Assembly: GCA_001938485.1 (NCBI GenBank)
Contig: MQRK01205638.1
Location: forward strand, 23,028-87,027
Length of the DNA stretch: 64,000 nt
Direction: 5' to 3'
DNA from: Girardia tigrina
Lineage: Eukaryota
Part shown: piece by piece, positions 53,122-64,000 of the stretch
Position numbering within the stretch: position 1 is the first letter of the stretch
Layout: each line of letters begins with the position of its first letter
The notes under the pieces: generated by a model
Database searches by the model: none
Seen by the model: only the letters and a program-made list of their open reading frames with translations
Told to the model about the DNA's origin: nothing
Translations under genes and position numbers: made by a program

Positions 53122-54220
53122 ATAGTTATAATTATTAATTTTAATTAATATATTTAGAAATTAAATATCTTAATAATATCGAGATATATTGTTTGAATAA
53201 TCATGATTAAAATAAAAAAAACAATTAGAACGATGTCAAACGGTGAACGATCTTCCTAGAGTTGCGATGACTCTAAATGTGATAATAATAAAGATTCAAA
53301 TGAAAATTGTCTCAAGGTTCTTAATATTATTATTCTTTGTTTTCAATTTTGCATATCATTCTAAAATTTCAGCTTTTCTTTTTCCGAGCTTTCTCTCGAC
53401 TTAATAGAAAATATGTAATATTTCTTTGCCGAAAACTCATGTAATCGAAATTGGAATGATTTGGTTTTTTATTATGATACTAATTGTCATATAAATCAGT
53501 AAAAAAATCAATTCATCTGATTCAAAACCGGACACTCCAATATCTTTATTGTACAAAATATTTTCTCCAAATTTCTATGAGTCATACTTTTTCAATCACT
53601 AATCGACAAACTTTTTTTTTACTTTTTATTTACAAATTTGATTTTTTTACATTTTAAATTGTAATAAATTAAGTCACGTATAAATAATTAAAATTGATCA
53701 ATTTAAACAAAATTCAATCAACATTATTTTTAAAGCATATAAGAACAAGAATAATAATAACAATGATAATAGAATAAATTTAATAACATTAGGACACATA
53801 TGTATAATCACATCACACTGAATACATAAACATAAACACTTTACATATTAACATCCTCACGTTTCATTAACATCGAATCGATTAATCGAAATCGTAATTG
53901 ACGACAGCAAACTCGAACATATAACAATAATAACTCTTTTTTAATTTTATTTAATTAATTATTTTGCTTAATTATTTATTTATTAATATTCATTGATTTA
54001 TTATTTTGTTAGGGCAGTAAAATAATTTTCCGATCTATAAATTAAAATATTTTAACAACTTAATGCTCCCATTTTAAAATAATTCTCAAAAAAAATCTGA
54101 AAATTTGTTTCTAGCTCGTTTGTATATTTTGATACCAAGAAAGAAATATTGACATTAAAAAATTTTAATTTGTCTTTCAATAAATAAATATTTGCATAAT
54201 CGTCAATTTGCTATGTTTAA

Positions 54221-54462
54221 CACATTAATGCTGAGAATTATTGATGATTATGATGCCATGTTATATACACTCCTTTCTTGGTCAAGGTCAGCCGGCTACT
54301 GCGCATGCATGCCTAGTGACAGAGAAACAAAACATGTTCCGTATGTGTTCTGAACCTTCAGAGTACACACCTTATCAACTAAACATAGCTAAATACAATG
54401 TCTTTACTTTTACAGCCATTTTTATTAGCTGGGCACGAATGTTCCCGTTCGGCGTTAATGGG
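54221..54462. mobile_element. piggyBac-type MITE
   Basis: TTAA on both sides. TIR C(A/C)CATTAA(T/C)GC(T/C)GA. Confidence 0.75.
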
Positions 54463-54489
54463 TTAAGACAACGAAATTATTATTAATTA

Positions 54490-54528
54490 GGCCTGAAAAT
54501 GGTGGAAAATCTACCGAAATATATTGCC
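54490..54528 (+). ncRNA. hammerhead relic in a solo Penelope pLTR (G8A, likely inactive)
   Basis: GGC CTGAAAA T GGTGG-AAAAT-CTACC GAAA TATA TT GCC. Flanks match the pLTR at 27530-27610. Confidence 0.7.
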
Positions 54529-54938
54529 ACAATAAAATTTAGTTTTTTGAATGGCATTATTGATTTTTATATAAATTATGTTATATTTATTGTCTTAGCA
54601 GAACACGAAGTGTTTTGTGCAATACTTTATGATAATTTAAATTAACGTTTTTCCTATAATTTGTAAATTTAATGATTTTAAGGGAGGTCTGTGGGAGTCA
54701 AAAATTGTTTATCCATAATAAAGAAAATTAACTTATGGTAAAAAAATATTATTCTAAATAACGTTGATTTGGGTTTTAAAAAAATATAATTTTTGCTTTA
54801 ATTTCTAATTCTTTTATATGAAAAATATCTTAAATAATTTCAAATTTCGCTTTCTATTTTTTTAACATATTTACCTTGAAATATTTCTAATTGTTTCATG
54901 TATTGATAAATCCAATTAAATAAATTAATTTCATTTAG

Positions 54939-55409
54939 GCTTGCGATAATGGTGTTCCTAAACTTTGTTCGGAAAGTCTGACTTTAGAAATAAATATTAT
55001 CGAGACCATGGTAACTTCAAAAAGTTTCCGTATCGAAAGCATATCAAAGCATCAACTGAACATCATTTTGATTATAGTAACCGCCGTTGTCAGTTGCTTT
55101 TTGTGCATTGCGCTCATTGCTGTGTCGCTTTGCATTCGAAAAAGAACTAACTTCTCAGACAACTCCACGAATAACTTCAATCACATTTCCGATTCGGCAT
55201 TTAAAACAGATCAAAAACCCACGATCACAGATAATAATGAGTTTCTAACCGAAAGCCGATTATTCTTTCCCGTTACCGGGCCAGATGTCTGCGAATTGTG
55301 TATTACGGAACCTTTACTCCAACAAGCCAGTCCGGTTAGTTCGTTATCTTTTGTGGAAATTACAATTTTCAGAATGATTTCCGCTATATTTACGGGTTTT
55401 TTTATGTGA
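54939..55409 (+). CDS. cadherin/protocadherin-like exon: end of last EC repeat, transmembrane helix, cytoplasmic start
   Basis: TTTAG acceptor at 54937-38. Phase-0 ACDNGVPKLCSESLTLEINII matches AxDxGxPxLS. Hydrophobic IILIIVTAVVSCFLCIALIAVSLCI followed by RKR. Possible donor GTTAGT at 55335, otherwise stop at 55409. Confidence 0.55.
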   Translation, partial: ACDNGVPKLCSESLTLEINIIETMVTSKSFRIESISKHQLNIILIIVTAVVSCFLCIALIAVSLCIRKRTNFSDNSTNNFNHISDSAFKTDQKPTITDNNEFLTESRLFFPVTGPDVCELCITEPLLQQASPVSSLSFVEITIFRMISAIFTGFFM

Positions 55410-56220
55410 GAAAAAAGCGATGAAAAATTTGAAAACAAATATTTTTTAATTAAAATCAAATGTACTTAAAATAGAATAGTTTGAGTTAAAAATAATAATC
55501 TTAATAAAATGTATAATTTGCGTTATTTATATTTTATTTATTATATGATATTTTTTCTGAAATAAATAATTTTTACAAAATATTTTTTCTTAAAATAACT
55601 CTTTTTTCCAATGAAAATTAATCCTTTACATTCACAATTTAATAGGAAAATAAAGAACAAAAATAAAAAAAGTAAAGTTTTTTTATGAAAATTTTTAATG
55701 ATTCTTTTGAAAACTACTGAAGAATGGGTTGCATCTCGAAGAATCAATTCCCAATTGGCAATTTAAATAGAAAAAAACAACTCGTATTATAAAATGCATT
55801 AATTTAATATTTTTCAAATGTTGTCTTTGGCTTTTAAAATACCTTATATAACATCTTATCATTTACAATCTAAAAGGAATTGACGCTGAATAAAGATGGG
55901 AAGATCACATCAATTAAATAAAGTATGTCCTTCCTTATTTTTTGTTATAATTACTTCATTTAATAAATTTTTGGTTAGAAATAATAAAACAACCTTCTTT
56001 CAAAGAAAGTCTCTTTTTCAAAATACATCTTAACTGAAAAATTTCACTGAATTAATTTTTACTTCGTTAAAAATACTCATGTTCCGGATTGATTAGTATA
56101 TTCATATATATGTATATATTTAAAATTTTAATGAAAAAATATATATATTTATAAAATAAATTGTGTGGTTTGTGTAAAAAATTTTGTAAAAATAAATATA
56201 AATTTGAAATTGATAATAAA

Positions 56221-56976
56221 TATGAAAAAAGTGATAATGAGAATTCTCTAAACGATAATGTGACAACTGGAACGATATTTCTAATCGATTGCGCTAAATG
56301 TTTGTTCGATAAACGAGTACTGGTAACCGATACGAACTCATCGAATTCCTGGTTCACGGCGATCATTGAGACTTGTTTATTGGCCATTAAGAACAAAGCG
56401 ATAATCTCCGATAAATATCCTTTTGTTATCGCTTTCTTTCGAGTAAAAACTCCAAAAAAAGAAATCATTACGTTTACTTATGACGACAATCCTTACTCAG
56501 TCGATTCGATTACTGATGCATGCTACAAAATTTTTGTGTAAATTCACTATTTGCTGCAGAGTGGCATTCTTCTCGAGATTATTCCCATAGGCGATCAATC
56601 GTCCTTTAATCCAGATAAGTTCTATCGGATGGTTGTATGTGACTGTCATTCCGTCATTACACTCTCTACTGCGGGCGATCATCGAAGTTATTCACAGCAC
56701 TACGATGTTAATTCTACGGCACTGGTCCATCTTAGTGATCTAACCTTTCGTCTAAATGATCTAATGACTAGAACTAGGCAGCATCACCGGAAGAGAGCAA
56801 TCGCACACATTCTTCTGGTGCTTGGTGATGGATTATTTATCGATGTAACGGTGTTTAATCCGGTTCGAAAAACGTCAAATTTATCTTATGTTCCATTAAC
56901 TGTCAAACGAATGTCAAGCCATGCTTCAATGCGAATTCCTACTGTCAGAATGCACAATCGATCAGATTTTAAGTGA
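56221..56976 (+). pseudogene. XRCC6: Ku70 pseudogene (vWA domain and start of beta-barrel)
   Basis: TIFLIDCAKCLF, KAIISDK, IITFTYDDNP, GILLEII, FNPDKFY and RKRAIAHILLVLGDGLFIDVTVFNPV align in order with Ku70. In-frame TAA at 56539. About 70 aa of the vWA domain are missing. Confidence 0.8.
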
Positions 56977-58129
56977 ATCAATAATTACACCTTTTACTTT
57001 TCACTTTGCTTCAATTATAAGACGTTTTTTTTCTAAAAACAAAAAAAAGCAGAATAGTAAGTTATTGAACAGAGGAACAATCTGTTGATAACATATGCGG
57101 GGAGAGATATGTAGTATGATAGCAGCATTATCATAGCTTGATCGACATATTGCAAAAGACTGAATGCGCTGAATAAATCCCATGGTAGATGCATTTGATA
57201 AGTTCAGTCTTGTCTTAAAATCTTTTAGGACTAAAATGTATCTGTAGGCCTGAAACGAATAATGAATGTTTTCAGTTTGAAAAGTGGTTGTATTTAAAAA
57301 AACCTTTAGACAAAAAGTCTAACCAAAATTTGTAATGATTATAAAAAATTAACCTTTAGGAAAAACAATAATTGTATGAAATTATTTTTATTAAATGAAA
57401 CAATTCTTAGGTTTTCTTTAACAAAAATATATTTCTCCCTTAAGGAAAAGAAAGGATATTATACATAGCTTATCATAAAATGTAAAATTGTTGCATGAAA
57501 AACAAAAGATATTTGAAGTAGAAAAATATGTAATATGCCGTAAGGAATGAATCAAAATGGGCTTTAGTGGCTTCGTGAGATTTCTTCTTCCTCAGAGAAA
57601 ATTCTCGGCTTTATATTAAAACATTAAATTTGATAAAATATATCATTTTTCTAATATAATTTCCTCTAGTTTCGTTATAATTTCATGCGAATTCCAATTA
57701 TTAATTCAACACACTTATGCAAATGATCTAAACGTTTTCACAGTAATTGTTCTGTCTACGACTCTCTATCGTCCATAAATAACTGATTAAAATCTTTTCA
57801 AAATTAGAAAATAAATAAAAATCACTTAGAGCCACATCTGTACTATTTGGAAGATGTTTCGGTTCGTGAATAGTAAATAGTAATCATAATATTGTGATCA
57901 TAACAATGGGTACACTCTTTTACAATACTCTTTTAAATCAATGAGCAGTAGCTTGAAAGATAAATTCTCGATCCAGCAAGCTTACACAGTTTGAAAAGCG
58001 TTCAAACTCAGTTTTTTATTTGTTGCATCTGCGTAAGGCCTACAATATCTAACAGTTTCTAAGGTTTGAAAATGTTTCAGGTGATGAAAGTGAAGAATCT
58101 CAAGGTCATTAGATTTTCAGCTAAAGAAG

Positions 58130-58870
58130 GTCATAAACATAATCTTATGGGGCAAAAATAAGATGCTTTTGATATTTCACTATGAATTATTGCATAGTGT
58201 TTCAATTTCTGTAAAGAATCTCTTGAAATTCATTATCGTCCGGTCAGTCAATTTATTAGATAATGCTTCAAAGGATTTTAATTATTAAAAACTTATTTTT
58301 AGAAGGTCGTCGATTAAAAGGGAAAGAAGTAGTATCTTAAATTTCTTAAGTAAATAATTGTCAAAATCTTCATGGATTCCTTTTGTTCTCAAGGTGGATA
58401 TAGATGTTTCTTTGAAGACAACCAAAAAAACGAATTGACAGCCCACTATCACAGAAGAAGACACAATGGTTTTATTTTATGATTATCTACCCAAAAGAAA
58501 ATCAATAAAATGACCGCAACATGATGAACCTGATCACATTGTTCAGCTAACAAAAAAAGTTTGGTTAAAATATTTTTGGCTGTATGAAGATTGTTTACTC
58601 ATTTATTTTAATACGCAAATGTAACATCACAAATGATTTGAGAGAAATGTTCATGAAATTGACATAGAAGTATTCAATTATTCCATGAAGATGCTCCCGT
58701 TCATAATGCTACTTTGTTACAAGATGCCTTTCAATAATGAGGCTTTATAAAATTGAAACGTCTATCATATTGTCTGGAAAAGGATTCTTTGAATTATCAT
58801 TTATTTTCGAATACGACCTTGAAGATAAATATTCAAAAAGAAAATAATAGGTAAAAAAATCTTAGATCAA
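58130..58870 (+). mobile_element. highly decayed mariner
   Basis: PLSQKKT, QLFHEDAPVH and SYCLEKDSLNYHLF remnants. Confidence 0.55.
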
Positions 58871-59694
58871 AATATTTGCATAAAATCGAAAATATATATT
58901 AATAAAACTTAATTAAAAATATAAATGCAGTTTTTAAAATGATTAAATTATTAGAATAAGAGGAGGCAAATGAACAATTGTAACCTTACATATGACCCAT
59001 GAATCAAGGCTTTCCTGAGGATTTTAAAATGACTTTTAATATAAAATAATAACATGTAATAATTTAGTGTAATTGCGATTATTAATAATTCAGTGGAATA
59101 TTAATAATTGTCTGTAATATTTATTAAAAATAACAAAAAATATAAATACACTTATTAACAAAATAAATAATTAAGAAATAAAACATACAAAAAAAATATA
59201 CAAAACTGAAAAGAATCATCGATATGTCGAACGATTAAAGTTAATTTTAATGAACTAAAATAAAAAAAATTAATAATATTTTTAAGTAAAAAACATAATA
59301 ATACCCTTTTACTTATATATTGCCAGACAAATCTTTTTATGAAGAAAAGAAAAATCATTCCGGAAACAAGGTTGTAACCGTCACAAACAGTAATACAAAG
59401 TAGAGAAAATTTTAAAAGCATTCTCAAAAAATCATCAAACGATATTTAAAGTCGTTAAAATATCGCAAAAAACATTTTAATGTTTCACAAGAAGAAAAAA
59501 AAGCAGATTCTAGGAGATCTTGAAAGAAGTATATGATTTATTTTTCAAAAGTTCCAGAAAGAAGAATATCAAATGAAATAAATATTACTAAAAAAGTATT
59601 ATAAAAGAAGAGAAAGAACGGAGGATAAGGCATCACACTTCGTTTTTTATGAACACTTAATGAACAATATGAATATTATAATTTGTATTTTAAT

Positions 59695-60830
59695 TAGGGC
59701 TGCTGAATCTAAAGGTTTATTCATTGATTAATCGTTAATTTATTTTAACGATTACATTTTTGTATAAATATTAATCGGATATAAATGTAATTTTTAGCCT
59801 ATCTTTATAAATTTATCAAAATCAAGAAAACAAAAGTGATAACAGGAAAATGTCGACAGAGAAGAAGCGATTTATTAAGCATAAACAAATATTTGGTAGA
59901 TTACAGGAACATTTTAGGTTTAAATTGTTAGCTGACGTTAATATCGAATATGCTGACAACATTTATTGCATTCATACTGACAAATTGTTGGCACATCGTG
60001 GCTCTAACATGTCGCTTACTTACAACCTTGAAAAATAGCACTCTAAAAACACTAACTGACAATGGACGAAATTTGGTTTCAGGTGTTAATCAAACCGATT
60101 TCACTCTTATTCTATGTTTTGCTCATTGCATGCAGTTGAGAATATTTCATTCATTTAAAGCTGCATATACAAAAATAATTTTGTAAAATGTCGAAAAATC
60201 ATAATACATTTTAAACATAACCCCATCAACATAACTGGATTGCAAAATTGTAGGGATTCAAAAAAATGTAAACTATAGCAAGATGTTTCAACTAGATGGA
60301 ATAGCGTTTTTGAGATGCTGCAGAGTCTTTTCATGATAGGGAAGTATTAACTCTCTACATATCCACTGAAGAAAAAAGACTATTGAGGTCCAAAACTTCG
60401 ATTCTGATTGTGAAAATATTTAAAAATACGCACCAGTTTTATATATATATTCATTCAGGTTACGGTCCTGCTAGGTGGTGACAAATATGTGTCATGTACT
60501 TTTATCATCTCTAACAAAACAAATGACTGTAAAGGATGATAATCCTGGTTATATAACTATGTTCATGAAAGCTTATGGTATTACATTCAAAGAAATTGTA
60601 ACTAATATGGCAAATTTTTAAAATTGCAACACTACTTGATCTACGATATTAAAACTTCGAATGTTTATCAGAACAAACTTGGTCACTAATTGAAAGGTAA
60701 TGACTGGTTGAAGAATAATGTACACGTTGATACTAACTTTGTCCATATTAATATATAAAAACCTCATGATAAGCGTTTTAAGCTGACTCTGACTTAGATG
60801 GGACAAGGTCTTCTACTGAAACTTATCTGT
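59695..60830 (+). mobile_element. hAT (Ac/ZBED1-like) relic
   Basis: TAGGGCTG left end. TDNGRNLV...CFAHCMQL, KCRKIIIHFKH and QDVSTRWNSVFEML motifs. Right TIR not found. Confidence 0.82.
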
Positions 60831-61977
60831 AATAGTCTAAGTAAAGAATCTTTATTAACAATAACTCATATAGTTATATTCTTGAGCTGGAAGGTTTAAT
60901 CGAAGATTTAGGAAAAGGTTACTCAATTTTGTCATACAAAGACCAAGATGATTTTAAAAAATTATAATTTGATTCAATTTGACATTGTTTTATATACAAT
61001 TAAACAAGTGTTATTAGATATAAATACTTTTGAAATATATATTTTTGCAAAGAAAATCATTTCATATAAATATTCCGGAATTAAAACACTGACTTACTTA
61101 ATATCCGAGACGAGAGAGTGCAGAAGATTTATGGGGAAATATCACTCGAATAAAATTACGTTGAATAAATGTCTGGGAATATATTTTTATTTATATATTG
61201 AGATAAAATTTAAATTTGTAAAATCATGTGAAAAATAATAAAAATTGCTTTTATGTTTTTATAATTGTTGTATGATAAATTGTGAACATTTCACAATGTT
61301 ATTGCACTAAAGAGAGAATGTGTTAGAGTTAGGTTTGTCATTGTATAAAAGGTGATGGTTATTTATTTTATATATTTATATAAATTTTGTATTAAGGAAA
61401 TCAATTTAATAAAATGTAAACATATGTTTTTAAAAATGTATTTAGAGATTGATAATAAAATGTTTTATAAATATCAGACATTTTATACTCCGAGTTCAGA
61501 CTTCTCTTAATTTACGTCTTTGAAAAGTAGATAACGGTGGACAGTTAACCGGAGTTCATTCAACAATTGTCGCTTACTTCTGTAAGGGAAACTAATAAGT
61601 ACATGTAACATCTTATACCTTTCAAACCACGTTATTTTGAGGATTGACACAGTTTAAATGCAATAATTATAAACGTGGCTTCCTGATTGTTTCTCCTAAT
61701 GGCGTAAACAAAAGACATCTCTGGAAGTCTAATTGATCATGTCTAATTTCACTGTTTCAACTGGCAAGGAGGTTTAACATAATTTTCTAAATGTAGTGAG
61801 ATAAGATCACTGAAAGTTCAGTTAGGCGAATATTATAAAAAAAACATTCAAAATTTTATGAACAAGATGCCTGAAAAGTTGCTTATTTTATCAAATTGCA
61901 ATAAATTGATAGTACCTCATCATATTTATGTAAATGATCCATCTTATTTAGGATAGTAGAATATATTTCATTTCATA

Positions 61978-63199
61978 TTGGGTTGGGCAAAAAGTCATTG
62001 CGTTTTTGAGTACGTCCTACTAAAAGGCTTGAAAATATAAAACGATGTCATAAAATTTAAATTCAATTATATATTCTGAAACCTTGATTTTCAGACTATG
62101 TTTATACAAAATATTAATTGATTTTGTTTTAATTTATTACTTTATCGTCAATTCGAAATGGAAAATCAAAATGAGCATATTCGTCATGTTTTGTTACATT
62201 ATTTTCGCAAAAGGAAAACCGCTGTGCAAGCTCATAAGAAGATATGTTTTGTATATGGTAGTGACTCCTAAAAAGTTCGACAGTTTCAATACTGGTTTTC
62301 TAAATTTCCTTCTGAAAAATTTCATCTGAAAGATGCACCACGCTCCGGTCGACCAGTTGAAGTTGATGATGACAAAATAACAGCACTGATCAAATCTAAT
62401 CCACATATGACGACAAGAGAAGTGGCAGAGACTCTGGAAATATCAAAATCAAGTGTTGGAAGTCATTTAAAGAAACTTGTATTCGTCAGTAAACTCGATA
62501 TGTGGTTACCACATGAACTGAAAGAAATTCATTTGGTGAAACGTATAGACATTTGCGATTCCCTTTTGAAGAGAGAACAAAGTGATCCATTTTTGAAGCT
62601 CTTGATTACGGGTGACGAAAAATGGATTGTTTACAACAATGTGGAACGCCTACGATCATGGACAAAACATGGTCAGCCTGCCAAAACGATCCCAAAAGCA
62701 GAAATTCACCAAAAAAAGTTTATGCTTTCCGTCTGGTGGGATTTTAAAGGAATTGTGTTTTTTGAACTCCTTCCGAGGAATGAAAACATCAATGCAGACA
62801 GATATTGTGGTCAGCTGGAGAAATTGGCTATTCAATTCAACAGGAACGTCCTGAATTGGCAAATCGAAAAGGAGTTGTTACTCGCCAAAAACTCTTATCA
62901 CTGGGTTGGAAGGTTTTGCCACACCCACCGTATTCTCCAGACTTGACCCCATCGGATTTTCACTTATTTAGATCACTGCAGAATTCCTTAAACAGAAAAA
63001 AACATTCGCCAGTGATGATGACATCAAATCGTGCCTAGACGGCTTTTTTGGAATCAGGAATAATGAAGCTACCGGAAAGGTGGAAGAAAGAGATTGAAAA
63101 TAATGGACAGTATATCGTGTGAAAATATTTGTGCATCCATATCATTTTTTGATAATAAATATTTTAGTAAAAAACGCAATGACGTTTTGGTCAACCCAA
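61978..63199 (+). mobile_element. mariner (DD34D) with both TIRs, defective
   Basis: TIR TTGGGTTG(G/A)(G/C)CAAAA(A/C)GTCATTGCGTTTTT with TA TSD. Frameshifts and a ~40-bp deletion removing HDNARPH. Confidence 0.95.
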
Positions 63200-64000
63200 T
63201 AGTCAAAATAAAGGGAAAAATTAATTTAAAAATTTGTAGTATCAAAAAGCATTGGAATAACATCTAATGGAGCTGAGATAACAAAATGAATGTAATACAT
63301 AATGTTCACAAATGCTTTGGAGACATAAAATGTTCGATGTATGGACCCCTTTGGCAAACAACTAAACAGATCTTTTAATAATGTTTTCTAAATCTTTTAT
63401 TTGTATAATTAACTAAAATGACATTTTCGATAAACATTTTTAAAGTTATTTACCTTTTTCTAATCATAAATAATCATAAATAAACACTGATTTTATTGAT
63501 ATTTGATATATTGCTATAAATTTATTTCCGTTGTTCAATTTACCAATATTAATCTTTAATGCATACATTTTTGTAAAAGAAAACGAATATATCTTCCTTT
63601 AGGTGACATTGACTTGAGCAGTTTCATAAAGCAAGCGTTTTAAAATCTTAAAGTCCATATTCTTGATTTTCATAGAGGATACTTTGTTTATGATGGTACG
63701 TCATAGAACCAATATTCTATGAGCTTCTGAAACAGAATGAAAGGTGAATTCAAAGTTTTTTTAACAAACGAATTATAAGAACGAAGGACTAAAAAAGGGA
63801 AGGACTTTTTATATCAACTAGAGAACGTTAGATCCGATGCTACTTTGACGAGTCATCAAAATATTTTAGATGTGAATGGGAAATATTCTTGTTCTTACCA
63901 CACTCTTCAGATTATTATTTATTGTTCTACTGAAAAATATTTTGAAGGGAAATAAATCAAAAATGAATTACTACTCCATTTTTTCCTTTCCAAAAGTGAG

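Larger units (their letters stand above)
52182..53326 (+). mobile_element. solo-LTR-like element, TG...TA family, copy 5 (split by a Penelope insertion)
   Basis: Closest relative of copy 3. TGTGAGGAATAT start and GGTTCTTAATA end. Flanks TTATG/TTATT. Confidence 0.82.

Noticed and set aside
56539-56541. In-frame TAA in Ku70 as stop-codon reassignment
   Set aside because: TAA terminates several transposase ORFs at their expected ends, and the locus has other lesions.
57000-58100. Possible MULE transposase relic on the minus strand
   Set aside because: Only vague VPIV and CxxH-like fragments; no TIR or TSD found.

Overview
This is very AT-rich eukaryotic DNA, probably from an invertebrate animal (inferred from Tc1/mariner, pogo, hAT, piggyBac, Chapaev-like and Penelope elements plus a cadherin-type exon). 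It has several N gaps and (TA)n tracts. It is essentially a transposon graveyard: I found no intact transposase, no complete host gene, and no rRNA, tRNA or CRISPR array. Contents: (1) about 9 mariner and 5 Tc1-type relics (one is DD41D), pogo/Fot1-like elements and their MITEs, two hAT relics and a piggyBac-type MITE. (2) Four Penelope-like retroelement insertions, each with a 5' inverted arm; their pseudo-LTRs (and one solo pLTR) carry minimal hammerhead ribozymes whose stems covary across three subfamilies. (3) Five dispersed 410-550 bp solo-LTR-like elements with non-canonical TGTGAGG...TTAATA ends and 5-bp TSDs, all on the + strand. (4) Deletion-riddled pseudogenes of beta-tubulin, eEF2 and Ku70. 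(5) One cadherin-like exon with a transmembrane segment. (6) A candidate degenerate HDV-like ribozyme. Large internal deletions recur throughout, and several junctions carry iterative templated filler typical of polymerase-theta end joining. Together with a dead Ku70 copy, this suggests the testable hypothesis that classical NHEJ is weak or lost in this lineage. All protein identifications come from motif recognition by eye; no database search was run.
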